Source of the DNA: the human T2T-CHM13v2.0 reference genome, Homo sapiens
Assembly: GCF_009914755.1 (NCBI RefSeq)
Contig: NC_060929.1
Reading direction: 5' to 3' (one strand)
Length of the DNA stretch: 64,000 nt
Shown here: positions 16,415 to 29,629 of the stretch, in pieces
Numbering within the stretch: the stretch's first letter is position 1
Layout: each line of letters begins with the position of its first letter
Notes under the pieces: model-generated
The model's input: the letters and a program-made list of their open reading frames with translations, nothing else
Databases searched by the model: none
Told to the model about the DNA's origin: nothing
Position numbers and translations under genes: made by a program

Positions 16415-16489
16415 TATTCAGTTATCTTTTTTTAAAAAAAGCTGTTTCACTTATGATAATTTGGATGCCAAGTTTTGAAACCCAAGTTG

Positions 16490-16635
16490 AATGTCTTTAA
16501 TCTACACAACCGTCTTTTGAAATGTCTGCTATATTTCTCAGTTTTACAAATAAGAAATCCTAGGTTAAGAAAATTAGGTGACATTCCTAAAGTGGTGCAG
16601 CTAGAGACAGGGAATGGGTTTGAACCAAGTTTAAT
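16490..16635 (-). mobile_element. MIR remnant
   Basis: cagttttacaaataagaaa..ctagg..aagaaaattaggtgac.ttcctaaagt...cagctag...gggtttgaaccaag. Confidence 0.65.
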
Positions 16636-16642
16636 ATCGTGT

Positions 16643-18244
16643 TGCTATCATTGGAATCTGTGTGCCCACCCAAATCTCATGTCGAATTGTAATCCCCAAT
16701 GTTGGAGATGAAGCCTCTTGGGAGGTGATTGAATTATGGGGGTGGTTTCTCATGGTTTAACAGCATCCTCCTTAGTGCTGTCATGGTGATAGAGATTTCT
16801 TGTGAGATCTGGTTCTTTAAAAGTGTGGCACCTCCCCACTTTTCTCTTTTGCTCCTGTTCAGGCCACGTAAGATATGTCTGCTTTCACTTTGCCTTCCAC
16901 CATGATTGCAAGGCAAAGTGGAGGCCTGCCTGAGGCCTCTCTAGAAGTCTCACAGATGTCATCATGCTTCCTGTACAACCTGCAGAACCATGAGACAATT
17001 AAACTTCTTTCCTTTATAATACCCATTCTCAGGTATTCTTTATAGCAGTGTAAGAACATGGTGTTAAGCCTGCAGGTGCACAGAGTGCAAGAGTTGAGGC
17101 TTGAGAGCTTCTTCCTAGATTTCAGAGAATGTATGGTACAGTCTGGATGTCTAGGCAGAAGCCTAATGCAGGGGTGGATCCCTAATGGAGAACCTCTACT
17201 GGTGATGTGCACAGGGGAATTGTGGGGTTGGAGCCTCCGCATAGAGTCCCCACTGGAGCACTACCTAGTAAATCTGTGAGAAGACGGCCACCGTCCTCTG
17301 GATCCCAGAATGGTAGATCCACTGAGAGCTTGCACCACGCACTTGAATAAAGATGCAGGAACTCAATCCCAGCCCATGAAAGCAGCTGGGAAGGGGGCTG
17401 TACCCTGCAGAGCCATGGGGCAGAGATGCCTAAGGCCTTCTGTGCCCATCTCTTGCCTCATTGTACCCTGGATATGAGACATGGTGTCAAGTAAGAATAT
17501 TTTGGAGCTTTAGGATTTAATGACTGCTGTGCTGGGTTTTGGAGTTGCATGAGGCCTGTAGCATTTTCGCGTTGGCCAGTTTCTCTCTTTTGGAAGGGGA
17601 GTATTTACCCAATGTCTGTACCCCCATTGTATGTTGGAAGTAACTAACTTGTTTTTGATTTTACAGGCTCATAGGCAGAAGGGACTCACATTGTCTGAGA
17701 TGAGACTTTGGATTGTGGACTTCTGCATTAAAGATGGAATGAGTTAAGACTTTGAGGGATGGTTGAGAAGGGATGATTGTATTTTTAAAATGTGAGAACA
17801 TGAGATTTGGAAGGGTACAGAGACTGAATAATATGGTTTGGCTCTGCGTCCTCACCCAAATCTCTTGTCAAATTATAACCCCCAATAATAGAGGTAGGGC
17901 CAGGTGGAAGGTGATTGGGTCATAGCGTGGGTTCTCATGGTTTAACAGCATTCCCCTGGGTACCACTGTGGTAATGATGATTTCTTGTGAGGTCTGGTTG
18001 TTTGAAAGTGTGTGGCACCTTCCCCATTTTCTTTTTTGCTCCTGATCCAGCCATGTAAGATGTGTCTGCTTTCCCTTCACCTTCTGCTATGATTGTAAGT
18101 TCCCTGCGGCCTCCAGAGAAGCCAAGCTGGTGACACCATGCTTTCTGTACAGTCTATGAAACCAAGAGCCAATTAAACATCTTTTTTAATAAATTGCTCA
18201 ATCTCAGGTATTTCTTTATAGCAGTCCAAGAACGAACTAATACA
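16643..18244 (+). mobile_element. MSTA-type MaLR provirus: 5' LTR ~16643-17058, partial internal region ~17059-17828, 3' LTR 17829-18244
   Basis: Two homologous LTRs (cccaaatctc.tgtc.aatt.taa.ccccaat), polypurine tract before the 3' LTR, terminal ...ctaataca; 5-bp TSD cgtgt/tatgt consistent with CpG decay. Confidence 0.85.
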
Positions 18245-19031
18245 TATGTCAGAAACTGTTCTTTTATCTATTGTGTGAACAGAAAAAGTTGCCTTCTAAC
18301 CTTGGATCACTCTGTGGGGTAAAGGTCTGTATTTAAATCTGGAGGGCCAGCAAGGAGAAAGAATTAGATTATTTTGAGTTAAATAAAAATTTATACACAT
18401 TCCATTATTTGATTTTCAATTTGCCATGATGATTTGGTTATTGCATGATATCTAATTGCTCTCAGTGCCAAACTTCACACAACAAATGGAAGGAGCATAT
18501 GGACATATTTAATGACACTTTTGAAAAGCTCAAATAGACAGAGTAAAAATCCAATATTACTACTTATAACCCTCTACAGTTAAACCTGTTTCCCCTAATT
18601 ATTTCAGGATCACTGAATTGCATAAATGATAGTATAATGAAAACAGAAAGATAAATGTTATATATTTATTTTCATCATTATGATCATGTACACTAAAGAT
18701 CTTTTTATTGTAGGAAATAAATGAAACAATTATCCATAGAAAAACCACTGAACAGAATTAATGCAAAAAATAGATGAACCTATTATCATATTGACTGTAA
18801 AAGCTAAATAAATTATTTTTTGTGCTGTTACACATCTCTCTAGAAGGCACTGTTTTGTTTTTTGTTTGTCTTTCTTTTTACCAATTTGCTGCCTGTTGGA
18901 GAAACAGTTGTCTGAATCCATAGGTTGAGACACAGAGAAAACAACAGCATCTTCTAATTGTGCAAATTATAGGTAAATGATCTCACTGAACTACATTGAC
19001 CAACCTGAGAATCTAGCATAGAGAGGCTATT

Positions 19032-19342
19032 AAAGGTAGTGGCATGGAACTCAGACCACATTTTATGAATTTAGTCCTTGAAAGAGTCTTTGTGCTGCAA
19101 TATCTTCAGGACAGAAGAAAACACACGTGTATTTGTGTGTGTGTGTGTGTGTGTGTGTGTATGCCTGTGTGTGTATGCGTGTGTGTGTGTGAGAGAGAGA
19201 AAAAGGTAGCGGCATGGAAATCAGGCAACATTTTATGAATTTAGTCCTTGAAAGAGTCTCTGAGCTGCAATGTCTTCAGATAGAAGAAAACGTGTGTGTG
19301 TGCGTGTGTGTATAAATATGTCCATGTGTGCATGTGTGAGTA

Positions 19343-19373
<31 letters not shown>

Positions 19374-19375
19374 AA
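19032..19375 (+). repeat. Tandem duplication (~170-bp unit), each copy ending in (TG)n(AG)n
   Basis: aaaggtag.ggcatggaa.tcag.c.acattttatgaatttagtccttgaaagagtct at 19032 and 19202. Confidence 0.9.
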
Positions 19376-22300
19376 GAAAATGTATATTATTTATACAGTG
19401 TGTGTGAGAGAGAGGACTTAGCTAAATATTCAAAAATTGGCAACCTTCTCTTCTTCTAGCTAGAGTCACTTCACTATTCATTGTTTGTGAAGAATAAACT
19501 TTCCTCATTAGGAATGCCAGTTTGACAAACACTGTAATAGTGAGAAAACACCTAAGACTAAAGAATGAAACTAGGGTAGGCTGGCCATTAAGCATACCTC
19601 AAAACACTACACTTTTATTTATAGTAAGCATCTTTAGTGTACATTATTATTAAAAATTATTTTACATAAGGGGGTTCAGTTGATTTTAATTTTATTTGTA
19701 AGCATGTGATTTACTACCAAAACATAATGTATTTATCCTATTACTGGGTGAAAAAATTTACTGAAGTTTGAGAGTATCTAAAGTGGCAAATAGAAATTAA
19801 CTAAGCATCCAGGGTATGAGATTCCTTATAAAACAAGTGGACTTGCTGTACATTGTTCATACAGTCTTTAAAACCACCTGAAAATTTCTTTATCATTTTC
19901 TATCAAAACAAAATAAAAATACTCATCTTAGAGAAAACATCAAAAGCTATGTCTGATTTCTTAAAATTATATCAGTAATTCTAAATATCTCTAAGCTTTC
20001 TAAAATTCATTACAGTGTCAAATATGATAAAAACCCTTCTTGATGCCAGTGAGAGATGACATCACGAAAATATTTTAATTTACATGAGACAGCTTGTTAA
20101 ATCGATATTAACAAAACTAATCTTCCTAAATAAAGACCTAATGACATATAGTAAGCACAGTAATAATAACAGAAAGATTTTATTTAATTTCTTTATAAAA
20201 TTTGTAGAATAGAATTCCATCTGTAATTAATAATATCATTTTATTCAATTGCACTAATCAAGCTACAGTTTAATATGGAACAAATTTAATTATGCCACAA
20301 GCACCCCCTAAAGCTTTAGCAGATTGCCTAGGAATGTAAAATAGTGCAATGAAAATTCTTTTTAAAAATATTTCAATTATATTTCAATGAGAAAAGATTG
20401 CTTTTTACTAATGACATTTAATATATACATATACCCTTTCCATAGCTTTCTGGGATTCTTTAAACATCTGTTACAGGATTTATCACTGGACATATCTCCA
20501 AAATCAAAGACATTCTGAAATTATGAAAATGCATTATACTGATAGCATTCATGTTTGAAGAAATACTTACTTCATAATTAAACCTAATCTATCAACCATT
20601 CCTATCAAATTAGTCCTAATCATTTAAAAATTCAGCATTTCACAACTAAATGAATATCACAAATCTGTAGGAGTATTTATGCAATGGTATTTTTATCATC
20701 TTATGTTGATGACCCAGGTTTTCATACTTAGAAAACATCAGCATGTAAATGACATTTAAACAATGAAAGGGATGAGATTGCTTCAGAGACATAGTAAATA
20801 CATCAGAGAATATGGCCCAGGAAAGATTCTGGAGACATTCCACAACGTAAAGCATCTTAAACATGCTTTAGCTAAAGGTGAATGGCTCTGAAACAACAAT
20901 AGCAATAACAAAAACTGTTTTTTTGTGCCTTCTCTTTACTCTTCTCATTTTTCCCTCCTAGTTCCTTCTCTAAATCTATAAAAATACCTTGTACTTACAA
21001 CCATATTAGGATACATATATAGTCTAAATACATGGGAAATAGGTCTATTGAAACTTTCTCTGTATATAGAGCTAGCCAGAGTGAATAGAAACAGCAAAAA
21101 ATTTGAAATGCTTGGGAAAATAGTCTTTGTATGTTGCATGAATCAGAACAATTCTCCTTTCTACTTGCTTCATTAACTTGAATTAATGAGGAAGATAAGT
21201 TAACTGCATATTTCATAGTTTTAACTCATTAGTTAGATAAAGTGTGTCACTTTTTCTATCCCTGTTTGCTAGAGTTACATGGCAACCCAGGAGTAGTATG
21301 AGGATGATTTTGGAACTGCAGGCACTGGTCTAGTCATAGGCGATAATGTTTCTTATGCATATTGCAGCACGTGTTCAATTAGTCAGTTTCACAGCCAAAA
21401 AAGAAAGTATAGAATGGGAAAAGAGAAAGTTGTGCTCTCCTAGGACCCAGAGTGAAGTGGCCAAGAGTAAAAACAGTCTAGGGAAACTTTGCAATTTCCC
21501 ATAAGAAGGATCAAATCCACACAGAGAAAAAAGCAGGAGAGAGAATTCTTACTAGAATTAAAGGAGAATGGCAAAAAGAAGTCATAATAATTATGTTAAT
21601 ATAATAACTGGAAAGAAAAGTCTTCCAGAAGACTTGAGAGAGAAGACTTGAGAGTGGACAATAAGAAAGCCTGTCCTTATCAATATTTATACAATATATA
21701 AATTAAAAGATATAGGAAATTTTTTCACTCTAGGCCATTGGCATAATGCCAAAGTAAAAAAGCAAAACATGTTTTTTAGGATGGAATATGATGAATTTCA
21801 AAAATTCAAATGTCTGATAGTACAATTTAAAACATTAAATATATACACAAAAATTAGTAATACTTTATCTAAATTATGGATTTTCTTTTTACCATTTCCA
21901 TTATTGTATCATCTTAATTTATTTTCTGTTGCAATCATTTATCACTTTTTATTATAAATGAATAATCAGAACTTCTCTTACATTATGAAAGCAAAGACAA
22001 ATTATGCAAAAGACTCTTATGATATTCTGGCAGCTTTTGTGACAGATTAATCTTTTTACACTTTATCTGCCCAGTTATGTGTACAGTCACATGCAAAGCT
22101 GTAACAATGAGGGATTGAATAAATTTAATTATCTTCTAAGACTCATAGACTCAAAAAAGTAAGAAAAACATGATTAAGTAGCAAATAATATTGGTACCAT
22201 GATTATCTGTATTCTAGACATATCTCAAATGTATAATGTAATATTTAGAAAAATGCATTTGACAAAATACTTTCCTCTTCAATTGAATTGGCTGTTTTAA

Positions 22301-22749
22301 CAGGCACTGTTCATCAGTTGGAATGGACTGTTCTGGCATATGCCTCCAAGTTGGCCATTTCCACTGTGACTCCGCACACAAGTGGTCAGTTGTAATTGAG
22401 GGCATTGGGAGCTGTCCTTTAGGATAGTAATATGAGTGTTAAGAAATTCAAACTTTACTACCCCTAACTTTCTCCCATTTTTTTTCTCTCTCCTTTTTTT
22501 AACAATAATATGTAAACCCTGTAAACGTCTTCAGAAATCACCTAACTTCTCAACCTGTGCATGTTGACATAGGCATATCATGTATATGCCTAAACAAGTT
22601 ATGTAGAGATGAGATCAGAAAAGTTCAGTTACTTTTTTGATCTCAAGAAAAGATCAAAGGTCTTATAGAATTACCCAAGATCCTATAGAATGTTGTATTC
22701 CATAGAACATTGTAGTCCATAGAAGGATTTAAATATTATTATATTAATA

Positions 22750-22950
22750 TTTCAAGCAGGACAATGCTACAGGAGTGCCTGGAAAAAGAAATTACATAAT
22801 CTATCCTATATTTTAAAAGGTCACTCTGGCTGCTATGTGAGGGAAAGAATACAGAGAGATAATAGTGGAAAACAATTTTGTAAGCAATTGAAGTAGTATA
22901 GGTTTGAAGGGATGATACCTTAGAATAGGGTGATATTAGTGTAAACAGTA
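22750..22950 (-). mobile_element. L2 fragment
   Basis: ttttaaaaggtcactctggctgctatgtg is a typical antisense L2 motif. Confidence 0.55.
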
Positions 22951-23629
22951 AAAAGTAAAAAAATAAAAATAAAAAATATTAAAAACATACAGTATGTAAC
23001 ATGTGTATAATATATATAACTATAAAATGAAAAATGTCAAAATCAATACATATAGAATCAAAATATGCTGCAACTACCTAACAGACCCAGTATAGTGACC
23101 AGTCTGATCATCTCCCTGCTTTTGAATCACCTATTGCATTGACATATAGTGATTACAGCCCAATCTTTAAAGAAGATAAGAAAGTCAAAATATAAATACG
23201 TTTCTATTTTATCAGATAAAAATTTGTAGTGGAATTTCTTTTCCATTTTTCTTTTAGAGGCTCAGATATTAGAACTCCCATTTCTAATTTTATTACTTAT
23301 AATTTATGTGCTAATATATCGAGCATCTATTTCTTCACCAGCTTCATAGATCTTAAATTATTTATAGAGTAAAAAATTATTTGACAGTTAAGACTTAAAA
23401 TATCTAGCAATCACATTTTTTGCTCTCTGAAATAAAAAAGAAAAGCACAATTATAGTGAATATTTTCTTTTAAATAATTCATTAAATGCTTTTCAATTTA
23501 TAGAAATAATGTACTATTAAAGATAGTATCTTCCTTTCTTGATTAAGAGCTCCTTGAGGGCAGGAAGCTATGCCACTAATGTCAGACAATGTCAAATGTT
23601 GAAGCAAAATAGTTAAAATTCAAAGAAAT

Positions 23630-24060
23630 GAAAAGACATTTTAGATCAATTTCTCTGCAAAGAAAACTCTGAGATGAGGATTTACGTACAGGAAGATAAT
23701 TGAAGAGCACTCATATAATCAACATTTTCAGAGATTAAAGTTGAACTATAATGCCTTCTCAAAAAATGCTTTGGTCAATCCTACCAAGAGCTCTGGAATT
23801 GAGATGGACCCTTCTAAATTGTTTCTCATTTGGTCAAGAGATTTGGGTCTTTGGGGCAGGGAGCTGGGCCTAGTCAATCACCCCACATTGACTAGGCACG
23901 AGATTCAGGTTGCCCCTTTGAAAGCATAATGACCTTGGGAGAAACAACTTTCTACATATAAAAGCAAGTCCAAGAAAGGGATGCAGCTGGGAGCTGTGGA
24001 CCACCAACATCCCCAGGATAATGAGTGCTTCAACCCACTAAGAGGGTATGTGGGTTGCTC
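23630..24060 (-). mobile_element. LTR16-like ERVL LTR
   Basis: aactctgagatgaggattt.cgtacaggaag...; adjoins ERVL internal sequence. Confidence 0.5.
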
Positions 24061-25840
24061 ACCACGACATGCCCATCCCTTAAGTCACTCAGATGTATGT
24101 GATTCATTGACATTATGGAGATTGCTTCTTCAGGATTATATTGGGCCTTGTTTCCAGGCAGAAAGTTTTAAGTGATAGATTAATATGATAACCTATAGCC
24201 CTTGACTCTGTAACTTTCTTCGATGGCATAACCAAATATCATCACCAGCACTTCTCTCATTCATTCTAGATTCTCCATATAATTGATTATTGTATATGCT
24301 CATTAGGCAGAGGACTTCATCCTTTCTGGAGTTGAAGTTACTGCATTTTTCATTTACAGTCAAAATTGAACAAAGGAATATCAAGTAATAGCAAAATAAA
24401 TGGCCTAGTTTTCCAATTTATTCTTTCATACCCTCCCTATTAGGTAACAAAGCCTTACCTCCTCCCAATGAGCAGAGCCAATTCACTCTGACAGGATTTA
24501 ACTCTTTTTCTATCTGTTGGTCTCTAAGCATGCAGAGAACAATGTGACTGGGATGTTATCATATCTAGAAGTTTAATGGGGATTTTTCTGTGTTATCAAA
24601 TAAAAACATTTCTCCTCTAGGGAATAGAACCATTAACTACTAAGAGCCCAGAGGTGAAGAGATGAAGGACATATTTTCTAAGTAGATAACCGGAAATCAA
24701 GATAAACAGGGTCACTGCTAATTTCACTTCTTTGTTCTCAGACTAATTTTATTTACCAAATGAAGACACTTTATTATATGATGGTGATTGAAATGGTAAT
24801 TGATCTATGGTATCTGTGGGGTTTTTTCTCCTCAAGCTAACATTTCAACTGTACCTTCAACAGGTTATGCCTTTACTCTATCAAACTTGCAGCTTCTGTG
24901 TAGTATGATACAGTGGATGGTGCAATGGATGGCACAGTTAATGATAACTGCCACCTCTTTGCTGTCACATTTGTCCCTTCGTCTTATATAATGTCAGTAG
25001 ATCAAATACTCCCTAAGTTTCTGTATATCTACCTCAGAAATTTCAATCAGGAAAGGCAACTCCATATCAAAATATGTGTTTATCCAGTAATGATAAAATA
25101 TCTCCTGAGACCTCTTTCCTTTGCATGCAAATTGCTACCTTCTTGCTGTTTGCTCACATGACCTTTTTTTCTGTGCCCATACATCCCTGGTGTCTCTTTC
25201 TCTTACTATAAGGACACCAGTCATATTGGATTAGGGCACCACCAAAGCAGCCTCATTTTAACTTAATCACTCTTTAAGGATCTTACTTTCAAATACAGTT
25301 ATATTCTGAGGTGGCATGGATTTGTACTTTAATGTATGAATTTTAGAGGAATATAATTTAGTTCATAGCACCATTGTTTAGTGTGGAAGGCCACATTTCC
25401 TTCCACACTAATTAGATGAACAGGTATAAAACAAGCCTGTCTACCACTTTTCCTCACTGCTCTCTTTTGGGTCACCATTAAATTGTGCCATAGCACAGCA
25501 ATCAGTCACTTTAAGCTTGCACCCACATATTGAACTGATACTTTGAATCAAACTTATACTTCTTCCTCTTTTATCAGCTGGTATTCCACTGGCCATAGGT
25601 GTGAGCTGAAGAAGAGGCTATGATAAAACACTTGAAGATGACATGAGAATGTGGCTATCTGTTCAAACAGCTTGAATTTACCCTCTAGCCCTGCTTTATC
25701 TTGATACCAGATTTTGATCTAATTTATGATGGATTGCTGTTGGGTCCACCCAACTTATATTTTGATGGGTCTGACACCATCTGATTTGTGATGGGTAGCA
25801 ACAGCTACATAATCACTTGATGTTCCATGTCCAGAGAAAC
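24060..25840 (-). mobile_element. Ancient ERVL (ERV3-16A3/ERVL-E-like) internal pol remnant, interrupted by an MLT1 LTR
   Basis: Reverse complement of ~25670-25800 reads as decayed ERVL pol (LPI..VSDP..KLG..QQQSII...AG.EG..KL). Confidence 0.6.
25110..25369 (-). mobile_element. MLT1A/B-type MaLR LTR (partial)
   Basis: ataaggacaccagtcatattggattagggc...cctcattttaacttaatcac...caaatacagt..attctgaggt...catagca. Confidence 0.75.
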
Positions 25841-26097
25841 ATTCCTAACTAATTTTTCAGATATTTACCTGTCATTTTGCTCTTAGATAATGTAATTTTA
25901 TGTTTTCTTGTATTCGTTATGCTTGTCACTATTCCTTTAAAAACATTCCATCAATTGAAACAGGCCTAGTTCTGTGAAGTTAATTCATCTTTTAAACATG
26001 CTACAAGAAGCCAGGAATTTATTTTGCTTTAATCTAGAAAGAGTTTATAACATTATTCATGTTACTTTAAAAATAAAAGTAATAATATGATTTTCAT

Positions 26098-26191
26098 CTT
26101 TTATAATTTTGACTTTTATTTTTGGTACGGGGGCACATGTACAGGTTTGTTACATGGGTATATAATGTGATGCTGAGGTTTGGGGTATGAA
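26098..26191 (-). mobile_element. L1PA15/16-like 3' tip
   Basis: gggggcacatgtacaggtttgttacatgggtata...gatgctgaggtttggggtatga. Confidence 0.7.
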
Positions 26192-27109
26192 AAGTTACTC
26201 TCTAAGTTGATGAGTCCACATATGTCATGACTTTGTTTTATGACTGATTACTTGTTATAGTATGGGAAAATGACAAGGATCCACTTAAATTATTAAGTTA
26301 CAAGAGAACTGACTATTGGCATGAATGCAAAGCTGAATCAACCTCAGGTTGATTCATTAGACTAAGAAGTTAAAAATCTTGATATAAGGAAATAAATGAA
26401 ACAGCTGCTTGGTGTTGACTTATGACTTTGTTGTAAATAGCTGAAGACATGTTGTTGTCTTGGGATATTAGTATTTCATCTTTAACCGGAAATATCAATG
26501 CATTTATCCGTTGGAACAAGTTCACAGCCATGGAATTTAAAATCTAGAGTACCACCTGTGAATACATATATTCCCAATGAGGAGCATGTATCCTACCTAA
26601 GACTTTTATCATTTGAATGTATTTACCTGATTATACTGCATCAGGGCCTGCCTTAAGCAGGGTAATGACAGTTCAGATTGGCTGAGTAATGGAGGAGGCT
26701 GGATAAAAATTGCCAACAACAACAAGATCGGATTGAATTCAGTTAACAAGAAAAAAGTCTTAAAATAAAATAAAGTGTGCTTCATACTTGAACGAAATTC
26801 ATCTCTACTCTTTCAGAAAAGAGTAATTTGTCACTGAGAATGAAGAAATGCTCATCTCGACGAGTAGTAGATGCTCCCTGAATGCTCATAACCAATTGGT
26901 GGTGTCTGCCTACTGTCTAGCCAAGTTTCCTGGTAACTTTAAAAGGTTAATATCTTATTGAAAACAATAGCAAAGACAACACTTAGCATAAATCAGCTAA
27001 ATTATAATTTAGGAAAATAAAATAAAAACAAAATAAAGGAAAAGATATGTAGTAGATTTGGAGAGATATGTTCCCAGTTACAGAAACTTTATTTCAAAAC
27101 CATTTAACT

Positions 27110-27793
27110 TTTTTAATTTGCATTTTTCTGATGATTAGTTATGTTAAACATTTTTTTCATATAACTTTTGGTCATTTGTATGTATTTTTCTTCAATTTTA
27201 TATTTTTTAGGATTTTTTAATTGTTACATAATAGATGTACATATTTATGGGGTACATGTATTTTTTGGTACATGCATAAATTGTGTAGTGATCAAATCAG
27301 AATAATTGGGATATCCATCACCTCAAACAGTTATAATTTCTTTGGGTTGGGAATTTCCATATGTTCTTTTTTAGTTATTTTTAAATATATTATAAATTCT
27401 TGTAAACTATAGTTGCCCTACTCAGCTTTTAATCATTAGAATTTATTACTTCTATTTAACTGTATTTTTGTACACATAAACCATTTTATCTTCATGTCCC
27501 CCCAATCTTCCCAGCCCCTTTTAACCACTATTCTGCTCACTATCTTCTTGAGATCAAATTTTTTAAGCTCCCACATATATGTGAAAAAATGTAATATTTG
27601 TCTGTCTGTGCCTGGCTTATTTCGTGCAACATAATGACTTCCAGCTCTATCCATGTTGGTGCAAATGACAGGATTTCACTCTTTTTCATGCTTGAATAAC
27701 ATTCTATTGTGTATTTTTTTTAATCCATTCATCCATTGATGGACACTTAAGCTGATTCCATATCTTGGATACTGTGAATAGTGCTGCAATAAA
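27110..27793 (-). mobile_element. L1MA-type 3' end (minus strand), including an extra ~90-bp L1-like segment beyond its 3' end
   Basis: Antisense L1MA 3'UTR (gtacatatttatggggtacatg...gatcaaatcag); candidate TSD caaaac(c)atttaact at 27095-27109 and 27794-27807. Confidence 0.7.
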
Positions 27794-28120
27794 CAAAACA
27801 TTTAACTATTTGACAAAATATTAACAATCAGAATATATAAGGAACTCAAACAACTCAATAGGACAAAAAAATCTAATTTAAAAATAGGCAAAAGATGTGA
27901 ACAGACATTTTTCAACAGAAGACATATGAATGTGTAACAGGTATATGAAAAAATGCTCAACGTAACTAATCAGGAAGATACAAATTGAAATCACAATGAG
28001 ATATCACTTCACCCCAGTTAAAATGGCTACTATAAAAATGACAGAAAATAAATGCTGGCAAATATGTGGAGAAAGGGGAACACTCATACAATCTTGGTGG
28101 GGATGTAAATTGGTGCAAAA
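27794..28120 (+). mobile_element. L1M ORF2 C-terminal fragment (sense)
   Basis: cagaatatataaggaactcaaacaactcaatagg...aatgagatatcacttcaccccagttaaaatggc. Confidence 0.75.
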
Positions 28121-29629
28121 GTATTTCGTTTAAAATTTAGGATCAAATTAATGCCATTTAAAATTATATACTTTCATAACTATAAAAATATAATTACTGC
28201 TTGCTCTCACATTGCAATATTCTTTTGAAAATCAGTAGCTGCAAAGGAACGTGATTTTCACCATTTACCATTATCTAAGTCTAGATTTCTCCTAAGCTAG
28301 TCAAGAAATAATTTTAAAAGAGCTGAATCCTTGTGGATACATGAAAGAAAGGCCAGTTATACTGAAAAAGAGATTTGGAAATCTATGAGCAGAAGCTGAC
28401 AATGACACTTTCACAGATAATGAAAGAAAAAGACAAAGAAAATGTCTTCAGAGGAAGGAAACTGTTCTTGGTTTAGTTTTCATCATATTGTCCATAATAC
28501 TTCTGGAAATATGCAGTATTTAACATGAAAATTCAACTAATTGGTATATGCAGTTAAGGAGAGCATTATTGGTATATGCAATTAAGGAGAGTAAGAAAAA
28601 TTTAAAAACATATGACCTTCAGTTTCACTTTCCTGATGGACACAGTAGTTAATATTATATTTCTCATATTTTAATACATATGATTTAAATGTGTTCTTTT
28701 TATTTATAATTGAATACTTTTCTGACAGTATACATCTACTGTGCATTCAAAGATTTCATACCTTTAGAGGGCCTCATTATTTAAAATAATCTCTTAATTA
28801 TGTTTTGTATATGAGACATGCATCCAACAAGATTTATCTTTGTAATTGTTTTATAACATTTTACAAAATAATAAGAAAGTGCTTAAAATGGTTAATAATT
28901 ATCTTAGTTACTATTTGATAGACAAAAGGCCATATTGACAGGAATAAATTGATCTGGCTAACAGCCACATATGAAAGCTAAAAATATTTGCTGATCAGTT
29001 GAAACAAAGGTGTCTGAATTCAGCAGGTAGATTGCAGTCTTCGTGTATAATGAAGGGAAGTGGAAGTTTTCAAAGATAGTAACATGAAAGTTAACTAACA
29101 ATGGAAAACTTCAAGCTGTGTTCTTGTGGAAGAATATGAAAGTTTAGAAAAAGAAAAATTCAAAAGTAATAAACTAAATAGCACCTAGTACAGCTACCCA
29201 TAAGCAAAACTTTCTAATATAAAAGTGTATTAAATTATGCTCAGGTATTTTAAAAATATTTATTGCAGGAAACAAGAAAATTAAAATTTATTATATATTT
29301 TCATTTTTAAGAATGTATTTTGATGGATTAAATCTGAAACAAAAAGTGGCCTAAAAGAGTTAATTTAGAAATTATGAACAGTTATTTACAGTGACATAGA
29401 AGGTGTTTAAACATCATTGTAAAGAGTAAAGACTAGAATATATTTTGCAAAAAAAAAAGTAGCTTTCATGAAGCTTGAAATCTATAAAACAATGAAGAAA
29501 GTAAAAAATATCTTAAAGAGATGAAAACACATTGTATTTGAATCAACAATAAAACACACCAAATACAGTGTACCAAATGAGGAACAGAGGAAAGACAATA
29601 CATTTCTAAAGATAGAAAGAGAAATCCAG

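Noticed and set aside
16022-16435. 137-aa K/E/G/R-rich ORF
   Set aside because: Translation of a purine-only repeat, which cannot contain stop codons; TTG start; no gene context
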